Shown here: in pieces, positions 13,001 to 27,257 of the stretch
How positions within the stretch are numbered: position 1 is the stretch's first letter
Layout of the letters: every line of letters starts with the position of its first letter
DNA from: Diadema antillarum
Lineage: Eukaryota
Direction: 5' to 3'
Length of the DNA: 64,000 nucleotides
Assembly: GCF_040938485.1 (NCBI RefSeq)
Contig: NW_027271112.1
Location: forward strand, 62,001 to 126,000
Made by a program: the position numbers and the translations under genes
Notes under the pieces: model-generated
Seen by the model: only the letters and a program-made list of their open reading frames with translations
Databases searched by the model: none
Told to the model about the DNA's origin: nothing

Positions 13001-16000
13001 TTTGACCTAAAAACAAACAGGAAGTGCAAATACCTGTTGTGATCATGACATAGCCTCAGCTACTTCCCAACAGTTGGCTGTAAATACGTAGAGTTTGAAG
13101 CAGAAGCAATTGGTGAAAGTTTAGCAGATAGGATGATATCACATATGATTCAATATTGCACACAATACATATTAACAAATTAATACAAATATTGAAGAAC
13201 AAGGAGAACATCTTGAATGTCATGTTCACATACTTTTCAAAATCGCACATATCCTTAAAGGTTAGCATATAAAATTCTGATTCTTTTTTTTTTTTTTTCA
13301 AATTGGCTACCTACAGTGAGTACCTAGCAACATTCAAGAAGACTGTGGCTATGCATGAAGTGTTTCTACAGCGTCTAGCAGCCCACTCCACCCTGCGAAA
13401 TGATCACAACTTCCGAGTCTTCCTGGAATACAAGCAAGAGGTTAGTTGGGTGCAAAGGAAAGGAACAAATAGTTTTGAATTGAGATGTATGCATTCAGAA
13501 AACAGATATTATGATAACTAAACACTTTATATGCCTTTTATCCGCAAAACCGTCGTTTTTGGTGTGCTTCATTAGTGTGCATTCATATGTGATGACCCTC
13601 GTCTTGGTGTCTGTGGGTCAGAGGTAGATTTCTTTCAAACGTCCAAGTGTTATTTTGAGATGGGGAGAGTCAACATGATGCCACCCAAAGTAACTGTAAA
13701 AGAGCTTTGTGAGAGAGATAAAATGTCTTTGCAGAATACTTTAGCCCAAATTCATGATCATCTACTTTCATTATACGTGCAAATATGGTCAAAGTTGAAA
13801 ATCTGTCACACTGTTTTGCTTGTATGTTTTAGAAGCTATTTAGTTTGAGTTTGCAGTGTTCAAATAATTTGCTTTTGCTGATGCAGCAGTGTTGGGAATA
13901 AAGAACCTCTGTATCCCTTGCTTCATTCGTTGTTGATGCTGAATGTATGCAAACGAATACAAGATCATTAGGCATCATCCTTCAACTGTATTTGATCCTA
14001 AATTTATTATACATTAGCCTGTTTTACTAGACAACCGCAAGTTTTACACAAAGATATTTAGCACCATTTGTATCACACACCCTTTGCACGATGGTTTTGG
14101 CATACTTATGACTCGACTACATTACAAGTTGAATGAACTACCTCTCTCAAAAGTTTGAACCAAAGACAGCAGTATAAATTTCATATGTAGCATTTCTGTT
14201 CATGAGAGCAGTATAGCCATAATTGTGTAGCCTTAAGTGCATGATTTGTGATTATTACACTTTGTGATAAGAATGTTCTGGGCCTTGTTTCCATGTTTCC
14301 AGTTAAATGTGCGAGGGAAGAACAAGAAGGAGAAACTATCAGGCCTCATGAAGTTTGTCACCAAGTCAGTGGATGAAGTGCTTGTTTCTGGCCAGAAGGT
14401 AAGACAACGAGGGCAGTTGGTTCTTTCTTTTTCCAGCTTTTTCCTGAGATCTTTGCTTTAAAGGGTGTGTACAGTTCTGGTTGAGGTGAGGATTTAGCTT
14501 TTAATATTTTGTGAGATATTCAGAAACCACTCTATGAGATGTCAAAGAGCATGCAATTCTAAGGGGTATCAAAAGTTTATTTGATGAAAATCGGTTTTGA
14601 AATGGCTGAGATATCCAAAAACAAGGTGAAATAAAGAGATCCTAATAAAAGGCGTGGCCTGTCGCCTTTTATTATTATCACTTTTTGGGATATCTCAGCC
14701 ATTTGAAAACCAATTTTCATCAAATAAATGTTGAATCCTTCTTGAAATTACATGCTCTTTCATATTTTATAAGAGGTTTCTCATTATCTCACTTAGGAAT
14801 GTTCAAAACATGAATCCCCACCTCAACCAGTACTGTACAGTCCCTTTAAGCTCAGTTTAGACACTTTTGTATTGTTTTACAGCAATTTGAAGCATGTCCA
14901 CGTTTTTATACCTCGCCATGAAGTGGTGCCGGAGGCAATAAATGCAATGTAATGACACAGAACCAGTGTTTACCTCTCTAGCGTTGTAAACTTTTAATGG
15001 ATTCTTTAATTAAAGTGGCATTCCCTTTGCCAGAATGTGATGTGGTGCCTTGATCCTACACTTGCCTATGCGTGATGGAGAGGATGAAGACTTTGTGTCT
15101 CAAAGTCATCTGTATTCCACTGTCTATTTTTCTCTCCTGCATGTATCCATGCAGTCATTGCACTAAGATCTCTCTTCCGTTTTTCTATCATTTCAGCACT
15201 AACTGCTGTTTGCCACGTTTCATTTATCTGTCAATATTAAATATATATAGCTCTTTTATCTGCATGTACAGTCCGACCTCGACTATCCGGCTATCTCTTA
15301 TCCTGACTTCTCTGCCATGTGGACATGCTCATGCAGTAAAGACAAAAATAAAAAAAGGAAAGGGATTTCAAACTCGATTACATCTCTTACAAAATTCACA
15401 TGATTTACCTATAATATTCTGATAGAACATTTTGAATTTTTACAGTATAATGTTTCAATTTCTGTAAAAAATGGACTGATTTTGAATAGGCCAGTATAGA
15501 TCCAGTTCCAGTGTAAGCTAACTGCCAGTGGGTTGGCAGATACGTGTACATGTACATAAACATTGTTTGTCCCATATCCGGCCTAGTTGCTTATATGGAC
15601 AGGCGTCAATCCCTACATGGCCGGATAAGAGCGGTCGGACTGTATACTTTGTTCATCACTCTTGAGAGCATCACTTTCTGTGTACTGGCTATGTGTGGGC
15701 GTGATTCTGATGGTGCACAGCAGAAGCATTTAGCGCTTCTCAATTTATATTCCGCAGGACGTCGATACTTTTTTTGAGCATGAGAAGAACTTCCTGGTGG
15801 AATACCACAACAAGGTGAAGGATGCAACAAGCAAGTCAGATAAGATGACACGAGCACACAAAGGTACAAATTCAGTCCCCTCTCAGTTTACCGTAAAAGT
15901 GGAAATTTTCGCAGTGTTCAAATTTTCGCACATTTCACGCAACCAGAAACTGGCGCGAAAATAAAAGAACGCGAATGTTTTTGCTTTCCATATGTTCCGC

Positions 16001-19000
16001 GGAATTAAAAGCATGTGAAACTCTTCTAACCTTGCCGTGCGCGAAAAATTAATCGCGCGAAAATATCCACTTTTACAGTAGTGCGTTATTGTAGTGGCCT
16101 ACATTTTGCAAAGCATTGTACTTATACTAACCTAATCCAAGAAGCATATAAAATCTCTTAGATATTAAAAACGAGATGAACCTGTGGACAGGTTAAGTGG
16201 ACGTAACTTCCAAAGTATATTGCCACCTGACTGGATGGCCGGAAGAATAAAGCAGCGTCTTGACTACTCTGCTTCTTACCTGAAATGCCTTGCCCATTCT
16301 TAACAAAAAAGCCATGTAGTGGGCTTGTGTTAGGCATACAGAGAGCAGGGCTGTTGTGACTCAATGGATAGTATCACAGATGTACAAAACAAAGATAGGA
16401 CAAGCAAACACTTCAGGGTTTAATTTGCCAAACCTTCGTATGTATTTTGAAGGAGTCACAATCTGAGGCATAATTTCTCTATTTGTGTGTCTTCGATGTT
16501 GAATGTACTGTAAAAGTGGGTATTTTCGCACGAGTAATTTTTCCCGCTCGGCCAAGTTTGATCAATTTTGAGCGTTTTTAATTCCGTGGAATCAAGACAT
16601 TACATAGTGGTACATATAGCAAGCAAAAATGTTCGCGTGCTTGTATTTTCACGCTAGTCTCTGGTTGCGTGGAATGTGCAAAAATTTCCACACCTCAAAA
16701 ATTTCCACTTTTAAAACATTGCTTGATACCCAAGTAAAGGGATATCCCTTCTTTGCTGAAATAAGAATAAGAGTAGGATTGTTGTACTTTCATGCTGAGG
16801 TAGATCCTTCCTACATTACCCAACACTGATTCATCCATCACAATGACAAATACTGTATGGAGAGTGGTTGCAGTCTGCATTTGTGTACTGAATAAGACAG
16901 AGAATCCAATGGAGTTATTGTGTGGATACCCCATTCTTAGCATCTGTTTAGTGATTATATTCATACAACGTTATGAATGTCTGTTTATTTTATGTAACGG
17001 TATATAATTATGAAAATGAGCAGTCTGTTCAGTAGCTTTTACATACACTGTCTTTGTTTCTCCCATCTTTGTTTCTTACAGATGTTGCAGATATATATAT
17101 CAAAATCTCGTCAGGATTATTAGGTCTTGGAACTATCGATAAAACAGATTTAGACAAGTAAGTGCACTCAAGTCGTACATCATGCATATCTATTTTGTTG
17201 ATCAAATATGTTGAAGGTGAAACTGCACTGTCATATTGTGTGTGTTTGTGAGAGCAGGGGCCTACAACATTAATCATTAGAATCAAGTCCTAATTGATAA
17301 TTTTCAAGTCATATTCCAAGTTACCTAATCAGAACCAATTATTGGGAGATGATTTATGGCTGAATTAAATGATGAATATCCCTGCTTCCAAGATGCATCA
17401 TTTAAAGTGAAAACATAGTTTTGGTAAGGGTGTGAGAACCCGTCTGGCACCATTTCATATTTGCTTGCAATATATCGAAAGAGTCTGCAAAGAAACTTGC
17501 CTGGCTGACGCGATTTGCCTGGATGATGAGTCGTTTTGGAGTATTTTGAGATCAAAAATAAAAGTCGGTTTACCAACTTATATTCCAGAAGGATCCAGAC
17601 TGACTCGGTCTCAGGGAAAACTCGACCCTATTTCATACAATTTACACGCAGTTCGTGATCGCCATTGATATTCTACTGTATAACAAACGAGGCTTTACTG
17701 AACAGACAGGAAAGTGTGCGCTAATCCTATTTAAAACAAATGGACCGCGCGCGGTCCTCAAGCATATTACGCACATCACCTGAGTTGCTGAGACGCGCTG
17801 TTTAGTGCTTGATAAGCGCACACTTATTTTACATGTGCGCCAAAGAGGTTTTTTGATGCGCGCGTTGTATCAACTGGACCATAACTGCGACTAGCCAGAA
17901 AGCGAAGCGCTATTATGCAGGCCGCTCCCATAGTACAACACTGTACAATCCAGAGGGACACGTTGGCCCACCGTCAAAGCGAGGCCGAGTTGTCCCAGAG
18001 TCCGAGTTTAGACTGACCCCGATCAGGTAAGTTCTGAGATTGCGACTGCGGTGAACCTTTGTGGTTAATATTTTGCATTTTCGTCGTTACCCATCGAATA
18101 TCTTGTTATTACAGCGTTATTCCGCACATTTCTTAGGCATACGTTCACATTTGGGAGCGAAATTTGACAACTTTTGCAGGCGTACCAGAACTATGTTTTG
18201 GCTTTAAGGTTCTTACAAAAACTATGTGATATCGTCAAATATGAATCTTCTTTTCAGCGCAGATGTCTAAACCCAACAAGATGGAGTGTAGATATTATGT
18301 ATACCAATAAAGGGAGATGGCAGTTGCTAGCCAAGTTACTGATTTGAAATAAGACGTAATATTTTTGGGTTCCACTTTAATGTACTGTAATGAGTGGTTT
18401 GTATAATTGCAGAGATATAAAGAGTTGGCGTGTATATGGACATTTTTTTTTTTTTGGGGGGGGGTCATAAAAGATCAGCTGTGCTTAGACGTCGGCAACA
18501 TCAGAACATTACGTCAAGCTGTATTCAGGTTGCTTGGTGGAATGTCAACAAATTGTTACAGGTGATGCACTTGCTTGATGCAGGTGGAGATGTTTTTAAC
18601 CCTTCCTGTCCCAGAGATTTTGGGCAGTGTGTACAATGCTATGTGGCATCCTGTGCCAAGCGGCAAGCAAAGCGCACAGAGGGTTAATAAAGAATCTCAA
18701 TTTTGCAATGTCTGTAGGATGATACGTGACTGTTGCCTTTCATTCAATAGTTACTTGCCTACATATTGTCTTCTACAGATTCTTCAACAAGATTTCAGAG
18801 ACATTTGAGAAACTGAGGGTAAGTTCATATAGCTTCAGTTGTACCTGTTAATACTCATATCAGTGTAGTTACCCTGTATGAGCTCAAACATCTCTGAATG
18901 TTAAAAATGAGTAGCATTTTACTTCTGACCAATACGCTGTCAGTATCAGTGTGTATCATTGACAATAAAGTAAAAGTTGTTTGTTCACTTTAAATTGTAG

Positions 19001-21869
19001 TGGTAACAGTTGCTCTGACTTTGTACTTGGTAACATGAAGCATATTTTTTTTTTTTAATACAGAGGTTGATGGCAGAAAAAAGAAAACCCAACAACTTCT
19101 GTTATTATCATAGGCATTGATTGTCAAGAAAATAAAATTGTCCCTCTGCCAGAAGGTTGGTTTGCTAGAAATTACTGTTTCCACAATTATCAGTCCTTTT
19201 TTTTTTTCTTCAGTGTATGGATAGTCTTGATTGATATATCAAAGTTTTGTTTGTTTGTTTGTTAAGATTCCCTCCATCATTACCCTCTCCCCCAAGGCAA
19301 CTAAGCCTCTCTGTTGGACAAATAAATTTAAATTGGCACTTGCCTTTTCAGTTATGGGCACTGTGCATAGATGCCCACTTATCTCTTGTTATATACCTCA
19401 TTTGATGAAACCTTGACTCTGATTGGTTGAAATTGGGGCATAGATTTAATGATTGCCTTCAGCCTTACAAAACCCAAACTGTCCCATAGTGCTTAACTGC
19501 CCTCTATTGGTGTTTACGTGGATATGTGTATGTGCACTGTAAATGCTTTGCTTCCTTAGCACGAGAGGTGACCTGTGTCCAATGCGATTGCAATACAAAC
19601 ATCTATGGCAGCTCTTGATGTGCGTTGGCATTTGGCCAAGTAAACAATTTTTCTAAGTCTATTCAGTGTATGAAACAGATAAAGGTTGCTTTTATTCAAG
19701 GAATTTTCGATAGTATTGCCCCTCAGGATCTTAAATCCATGCTTTGACCCTTGGTGTGCAAGCTTCTTGGGTCATGGCATGGAGTCGAGATCCTTCGGGC
19801 AGGGCAATAATATGAATAATGCCCTGAAAAGCAGTCCATATCTGTATTTTACGCCCTGCCCACAAATAACCTCCACAGCAAAGAGTAGAAAGATTTTAGT
19901 AACATGACATTGATGTTCCCCATTACTTTACTTCCCACAGAAATTAGAAGCTAGAGTGGCATCAGATGAGGACCTAAAGCAGTCGGATCTTCTGCGCTAC
20001 TACATGAGGGACTCGACAGCAGCAAAGGTTGGCATAGCTCTCTTGTGGAATGTTTTTGGACATTCACACTCTTCACCTGATAAAAGGAAGTTTTCAGAGA
20101 TTTTGAAACCAATATATGAGCTCACAAGCAAAATATGTAAGGATCTGATACTTTAAGATTTGTTTTTATGACAATTTTCTGGACCATTGCCTCTGAAGGG
20201 TGACAGGGGCAGAATTTTTTTTTTTTAAAGTTTGTATTATGGTCCACTCTCATATTGGCACTGACATTAAAGAACATAGGGAAAACAGCACAGTTTAATT
20301 GACTCTACAAAGCCATCTATTTTCATATTTCACAAACCCATTTAATGTGATGAACTACTTTGATATGACAGTAAAACAGTATCTTTTAGTGGAGTAGGTT
20401 TAAGCCAATGTGTCACCTGTCAAATGTAACACTGTATACACCATATATTTAGCGAGTCCAGTTTTTGCAAACCGGGACTTCTGACAATTACAGGAGTGGT
20501 TCAATCGCGACCGTGGAGTCCAGTAATGAACAGGGAAATGTACCCTTGTTATGCTTGCACTTCGCATTCATTTGGGGATCAGACTCGGTATATTTGTGTG
20601 TTGTCAAATTCATGGATAGCACCCCACTCATGAAATTAGTGAAGATAAAAACCTGCAAAATGTATGGCTTAAACAAAATGTGGTTTATAATCTGAGCTTT
20701 CTTCGCCCATTTTGTTCAGAATCTGCTGTACAGGCGCATGAGGGCTCTGGTCAACTACCAGAATGCCAACAAGGCTCTGGAGAAGGCCCGCATGAAGAAC
20801 AAGGACGTCCACACGGCGGAGAAGAACCAGACGGAGGCCTGCGAGAAGTTTGAGAAGATGTCGGACGTGGCGAAGGGGGAGCTGTCGGACTTTAAGGCAC
20901 GGAGAGTGGTGGCGTACCGGAAGAATCTCACAGAGCTAGCAGAGCTGGAGCTCAAACATGCCAAGGTATAGATGGAGCATCATATCATGGGGCATGCATC
21001 ACTGAATGTATGACAGATATTGGCATTTTTTGTAGAGTTTAATACAGTGCTCACCCAATAAGCAAGAACCGTTTTTAAATAGGAACACTGCATAAGTGTT
21101 TTCCGTAGAAAAGAAAGACAGATGATGAAGATGCGAGTCATTTTTTAGTAGGTGACCATCACCATGCTTCTTATTTTCAGCAATGTTTCCACCATACCTT
21201 AAGTGGATTATGGCTCTTGCAAGGCTCAATTTCGTTGAAGCAAGGTCTTATTTGCGATGGTTCAGATGCTTTGTGATGCAATAAGCCTAAGGCACACAGG
21301 AAATTTTATTGCGTTCCATGTGCACATTTAGAAAGATACTGCCTTTTTAGTGGGAAGGTAAGTGTTGCTTTATACAGCTGCATGTTATTTCAAACCATGG
21401 TCAAAACATTCTCACTTCTGCAGTGAGGTTGGAGAGGCATACCCAAAAGTCCAGGATAGGGCCCCTGCGTGAACTGATTAAATGTTCAAAGGAGACGGAA
21501 TGGTTACTGGGAGGGGCAAGGAGCGATGAGTGTAGAGGGTGATGGGATTCATGCTTTTAGTAGCCATAAGAGATTCATAATCACAAGATGTGTGCCGTAT
21601 TTGTTTTATGGCGTTTTTTTTTTTTTTTTTTTGTTTTTTCCAAGGGGAGGGTAGCAAGATATCTTGATAGCTTGCTTTGCTGTAGTCATGAGAAATTCTC
21701 TGTATTTTGATCTTGCACAATTAAGAGAGAGGTCTTCCCTTTTTGCCCCACATGTGCTCACTGTGCTCTTTATGTCTCTTCTATCCTTTCTTTCTCTCCC
21801 GTCCATCTTCAGGCACAAGTCCAGCTGCTGAGGAACTGCCTAGCATCCTTAAAGGAGGAGATGCCCTGA
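10056..21869 (+). CDS. SNX6: Sorting nexin 5/6-like (PX-BAR retromer-associated SNX), 5'-partial, 10 coding exons in window
   Basis: Exons 10056-10166, 10951-11072, 13317-13440, 14303-14398, 15758-15863, 17082-17157, 18779-18818, 19941-20027, 20720-20965, 21813-21869. All are AG/GT-bounded and phase-consistent (1065 nt, 354 aa + TGA). Translation includes [80 protein letters not shown] and [16 protein letters not shown], matching SNX6/SNX5 as recalled. The exon encoding DISDALSERDKVKFTVHTK was not found and is presumed upstream of base 1. Confidence 0.95.
11813..12957 (+). mobile_element. Helentron-associated non-autonomous element (HINE/DINE-1/Pearl-like)
   Basis: 5' TTTTTATGCCTCCGCCA with an internal inverted copy, a (GTCC/TCCG)n microsatellite at ~11863-11925, ~150-bp internal tandem repeats, a 3' subterminal inverted repeat TGGCAGAGGCATA, a short stem-loop GTTGCCATAGCGAC, and a CTAGTT end. 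A 5'-end fragment also occurs at ~14904-14940. Confidence 0.7.
14462..14845. mobile_element. TTAA-TSD MITE (Kolobok-like), same family as 4987-5368
   Basis: TTAA TSD, same termini and interior as 4987-5368. Confidence 0.85.
15269..15642. mobile_element. Tigger-like MITE, TA TSD (374 bp)
   Basis: TA|CAGTCCGACCTCGACTATCCGGC...GCCGGATAAGAGCGGTCGGACTG|TA. Confidence 0.8.
15891..16078. mobile_element. Short MITE of the CTGTAAAAGTGG family
   Basis: TA|CCGTAAAAGTGGAAATTTTCGC...GCGAAAATATCCACTTTTACAG|TA; similar to 45633-45841. Confidence 0.8.
16508..16714. mobile_element. Short MITE of the CTGTAAAAGTGG family, inverted, right end degenerate
   Basis: TA|CTGTAAAAGTGGGTATTTTCGC start; the interior is the reverse complement of 45633-45841. 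Confidence 0.7.
17406..18376. mobile_element. Putative TTAA-TSD non-autonomous element, CpG-rich interior
   Basis: TTAA|AGTGAAAAC...GGTTCCACT|TTAA (short imperfect TIR). The interior is strongly CpG-enriched relative to the surrounding intron. Confidence 0.45.
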
Positions 21870-24800
21870 CTCTCCACTCTAGCATAGAAGAAATCATCCA
21901 CAATTATTCCTACTCTTTTCTGTCGGAGAAGAGACGAGAGAGAGAAAGTTATTTTATTTTGCGATGGTAATTTTTGACCGGCATGCATTATTTTGCAAGT
22001 CTCATCAACACTCTAAGCCTCTCAATGCCTTGTATCATGTAAGTTGTACATAGAAATCTAAATCAATCAAAGTAATTGAGAAAATCAACAAAAATTTACT
22101 GACTTTGGCAGCAGGTATGGGTACTTTGTCATAGTTCTGTAATATATTCTCTACCTGAGATTTATTTTCTATGTGCGAAATATCTGTTCATGTCCTAACA
22201 CAGATCATATCTCTCTTTTCTTTTTAGTCAATAGATTTCTCCACCAACATTTTAGACATAAAAATAATTCTGTTCTGCTAGTCAACAAGTCAGCAAATAG
22301 TGAGAATGACGATTTTAAACTGTGTTTTGAGTACTGGTCAAACTCATGAGTTACCAGGTATCCATAGTTAGGACTTTTTTTTATTTCACTGTGTTTGAAC
22401 CAAAGCATGCATTTATTATCAATAGGTTGCAGCAATGTGAAGATTATTAACTGAGATTTATGAAAATGATCTATTACAAAGCAAGGGCAAGTAAGTTTTG
22501 AAGAACTATCATCCAAAGTGCAATTATCTGTTCAATTGCAGCATGCTTATACTTCTGTTCTATCAAATGCATTCTTTTCTCAAGGACATCTAGTTTATGA
22601 CCAGTCTGCCCTCCTCATGCAATAAGACAAAGGAACAAACTTTTTAAGTGCAACAGGAAAGATAATGCAGTTCAACTGAGCAATTTTTTATTTCATTTGA
22701 AGCAGTGAATACAGAAAAGAGCCCGTGTTAGAAAGAAAGGGATTTTACTCGACAAAAGGAAAATAGAAAAACAAGGAAAACAGTTCCACAAAATTCAAAA
22801 GTAGAAACGAAGGAAATGCTTGCTAGATAAAAAGAAAATTTCTTACGAGTAGCATTGGACATATTCCTTACTGGTTTGAAAAATGATGTATTGTATATTG
22901 TTCTCATCATTCTTGCTTCCATGACTGTTAAAAAAGAAAAGACTACCAAGTGTTCAGATTATGACCCAAGCTTTTCTGTGTAATGTTATCCCGTTTCATC
23001 CCTTGGAAGGATCATACAGCACCCTGTCATCATTGCTGTGCAGTGTTCACAACTAGTCATGTTACCTGATCACTTTCCCCCTCTAACAAGATGAATTATA
23101 CACTGCATCTGAGTAGAGTTGTTTGTACGGGTAGAAATAACAAGTCAAAGGTTGTGACACCAGACCACTTCTTAAGTGGTACATTGTATATTGATTCTTT
23201 TCTGAACTGCTCATCGATTGAACTTCCCACTAGCTACCTGAACCAAACACAGCCCGCACCATGTCTCTCCAAGAAGGGAGCGAGGCTCATTTCGTGGGTC
23301 TCAGAATGCCATGGGAGTCATCACCAGCCCCCCTACCCCCCCCCCCCCCCCCCCCAACAACCAAAGATTTGGTATCAATGGACAAAAATGAATGAGATGT
23401 CAAGTCTTCTTGGTATGTGCCACAAATTTGACTGGCATTTCAGTGGCCATGAGGATAGACACAGTATTTTTGCAATTCATTTCTTTGAAACAAAAGAAGA
23501 CAAGATTTGTATACACCTGTCTGTTTGCCCAAAGAGTGGAGCCAATGTGCATGTGATTTATTGATTAGTTATTAGTGAATTGATATTGAAAAACATTTAA
23601 ATAGCCAGACATTGGTATGTCCTTGAAAGTTGTGCTTTCAACGAATGTATCGGCATGTGCTTAAACATTTTAGCTGTATTTACAAAATTTGTCGATGGGA
23701 ATGTCCTCTGTCCCCAGACAGTTCAGTCAAACTGTGTTGTAGAATGATATTGCTAGTCTACCATCTACTTCCTCTACTTTTATCAATCATATAGGTTTAT
23801 CTCTTTTGATATTTTTGATATGTTAAATGTGCTTTATACGTTTGTTATGGTAAAGTCCGTAGAAATATTCACAATGTAGAAACACTAAGCTATTTCATTT
23901 TTATTTTTTTCCCATAGCCACAAGTTACTATTGCCATCTGGTGGTTGGATTTGCTTGTAATATGTATGGCATGTGTGAACGTGTTATTGAATGTAAACAT
24001 GTAAAACTTATAGTGTTGTATTAGCTGTGGCTGCATTGATATTCTTTTATTTCTACACTTGTTCATATGTAATGACATTCCATTTGTGCATCCTTACCCT
24101 CAAAAGGTAAAATTTAGAAGAGAATTGTGATTAGGTCAGGAGGGACTTACAAGGAAGTACTGTGGTACATTTAGACTTTGTTTGGGTTGATCCCTTCTGT
24201 TACCCAACAACAATCATGCTCATTTAACAGTAGCCACTTTTTTCGTGTCAGTTGAGAGCAAGTACAGTGTACATTAACAAGTGTACCGGTACTTGCCCGA
24301 TTTACTTCAATGGCATGTTTCAGCAAGATGTTTGATGGAAGCAAAAATTATTTTTTACTCTTCCTTACCTTGATCTTTTGACACTTGTCATATTCTTGTG
24401 AAATTAATGGACATTGTTCTATTATGTTGTCTTTCAGGATTGTTCTCTGTGTTTGGTCAAAAATGAAACTCTTGTCAATCTCACGCAAGTCCATGTCACT
24501 TGCCCTGAATCTAGGCATTCTGGAGTTTTGAAAATGCTTGTGTAGACAAAATATCCGAATACACATGGGGAAAACCAATTGAGCACTGACATTTTCCATG
24601 ATCTTGTCAAGTGAGTGACTTGTGTGAGAGTGACTGTATAGTATTTTAGTTCACTCCATGTGGATTTGACTCGGAAAGAAGTTCAGTACAATGTATGTGT
24701 TTTCCAGCATAAACATATTAGTCCAAGTTGTGGGACTGACATAGCAGGTACAGTCATGTTGCTGAAATAGTGCAGGTCATAGAGTAGACACAATCTCGCC

Positions 24801-26108
24801 TACCCGACTTCTGAGTTTCCTCCCTAATTCTAGCGTAGGAACATAAACCGTAACTGTACCCCCCAAAAGAAAAAAAAAAATCCAGAGCAAAAACCAGAAA
24901 GGGGGCAAGTTTTCATAGTGAAGACCAAAAACTGATCTGTAATGTGGCATTACACACTCTGTAAGATAAGAGATAAGAGTAAACAAAGCTGTGTAAAGCT
25001 GATCAAGCTTTGACAGTTGTACTTCTAGTAAAGTTGACTGCTGTGGCTTGTGGCATGCCACCAGGCATTACAAGCTTGCATGCCTCAACCCCAATGTTGT
25101 GTCAGTGTGCACAGGATGACATAGCTCCTTGCTGTTGATCTCTGTGGGTTCCAGCTTTCCATTTACTGAATGCACCTGTTTTGTTTGTACATTTATCTCA
25201 ACAAAGTTGATTGTGAGCTATGTGTGACTTATCAAATGAAAAAATAAATAATTGAAGCTATACTTGATGTAATAACTGTTGTTGGTACATCTTTTTATTG
25301 TTTTCATGAACCTTGCGCACAATTTCTACCTTCATGACAGCTAGGGTACCTCACTGTACTCGAGACATGTAATTAGTTTGCAACTGATGAGAAAGAACAG
25401 AATTAATATGTATGCTACAAGTATTTTCTATCATTGTTTTGATAGGCCTTTCGAAATTACTCCCCTCCCCCACCCTGCCAAAAATATAATATAAAATAGC
25501 ATTCTCATGAGTTAAGCACAAGGAAAAACAGTTACAAAGCAACATCTTTTATCTTTTGGAAGATTGGAAGACAGACAAAGAAAGAAATCCTTGATAAGTT
25601 TCTGTGGAGTCAGAGAGAAATTGATCCATGAGAATAACAAGGTAGAGAATACTCTGAAACAGAAATCAATTCCTTGTAAGTGCTGCTGCAGTAAATGAAC
25701 AAGGCTGACGGTCTTAGAAGGCAATAGGATGCCTTCTTACATGTACTTGACAAGCTGACAAAACATACTCCTGTCAGTAAGTTTGAATTTGCGGGTACAG
25801 TGTACCTTCACTGAGCTGCTGCAATTTGTTGCGCTGCTCCAACCACCCTTTCATAATGATTTTCACTGAATACTCGCATTGGAGTTACAGGCGATGTTTA
25901 TTTTTACTTTCAATGACTTTCATAAACAGGGAAACATTTTGATGAAATGGAAACTGAATGATGGCCTGAATATTGGAAATATGCAGCACTCATCCCACCC
26001 CCCCCCCCAAAAAAAAAACAACAACAACAAAAGGAGCAGAATCACCATGCAGTTTGAACAGAACTTTTGACAATGGTCATTTGAAGATTAATACATCATA
26101 TGTATATA

Positions 26109-26301
26109 CAGTCAACCTTGCTTAAGTCGACCTTGGAAAAGTTGATTAATGGCCTAAATCGAAGGTCTTTTAAAGTCTTCTTCTCTTTATATTCTATTGA
26201 TTTTAATCCCTCATAAGTAATACAATGTATTTTCCTTAAAAAGTTGAAGCTATTTCTTCAGTCCAAATACACTGTAGATTCAACTTAGGCAATATTGACA
26301 G
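26109..26301. mobile_element. Tigger-like MITE (CAGTCAACCTTGCT family), right end degenerate
   Basis: TA|CAGTCAACCTTGCTTAAGTCGA start; interior shared with 57123-57295. Confidence 0.7.
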
Positions 26302-27257
26302 TCCAATATTGTGAAGAGGAGAAGCACTTAAATAGTACAGTAGTGAGGGAATTCTGACAAAAATGACAAACATATTGTACTTTACCCAAAATAAATGATC
26401 CCTTGTCATGTCGTGAATGCCAATGTATTTAAGCATTATTACTGCAGGGAAGTTTAGGCTGGCCATGACAAAAATTATGAAAAATGCCCTAAACACACCA
26501 GAGAAGCCCTTGAGACAGTTCCATGACACTCATATTTCCTGACTAAACATCACATCAATTTAAACCCAGAACTAGAGATGGAGCATTGTGCATGTCATTG
26601 GGTTGAGCATCCATTCATGCTCCTGGTCGGCCAAATTCTGTAATTTTCCTCTCTATCAATATGCACAAGTTGCTGTCAAAGGACACAAATGCTATGGTCA
26701 TTTGTTCACTTCATTGCAATCTGACATAAAATGAAATGGGGAAAATATTCACCCAACTGATCATTTTGCAAACTGCTGAAGCCACAAATGGATCAGATTA
26801 CCATTTATCATCCAGTGCCTAAGAATTCACAGTCATACAATGTAAGTAAAATGAAGGCTATAGGGCAATCAAACCAAATTCATTTATATTGTTGTTGTTT
26901 TTTCAAATGGTACTATTACTTGAATATTGGTTTGTGACAAGCATGAAAAAGATAGCTAATAAATGTCTATATAAAATATGTTGGCATCTGATAGATGATA
27001 AATCCATCTGAAATATACAGCACAAATCCTGACATTCTTGGAAACAGAAGCAATGAGATCTAACATATTACGAGTATCTTGACACTCAATAAGACAAAAA
27101 TACGGTAAGCATCCAGCCAATTCCATGATCAGAAAAGTTCATGCTCTAGGTCTTTTGCTCAAGAGCCCCTCACACTACGTCAACATCAACCAAGTGTTCC
27201 AATATTGTGAAATGTTTTATTTACACTGTTCAAAAGATAAAAAAAGAAGAGGTCTTT

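Noticed and set aside
23091-23564. 157-aa ORF downstream of SNX6
   Set aside because: No recognisable motif or splice context; it runs through a poly-C tract and lies in the probable 3' UTR.
25558-25690. Possible LINE ORF1 fragment (RLEDRQRKKSLISFCGVRE)
   Set aside because: Too short and too degenerate to support without a profile search.
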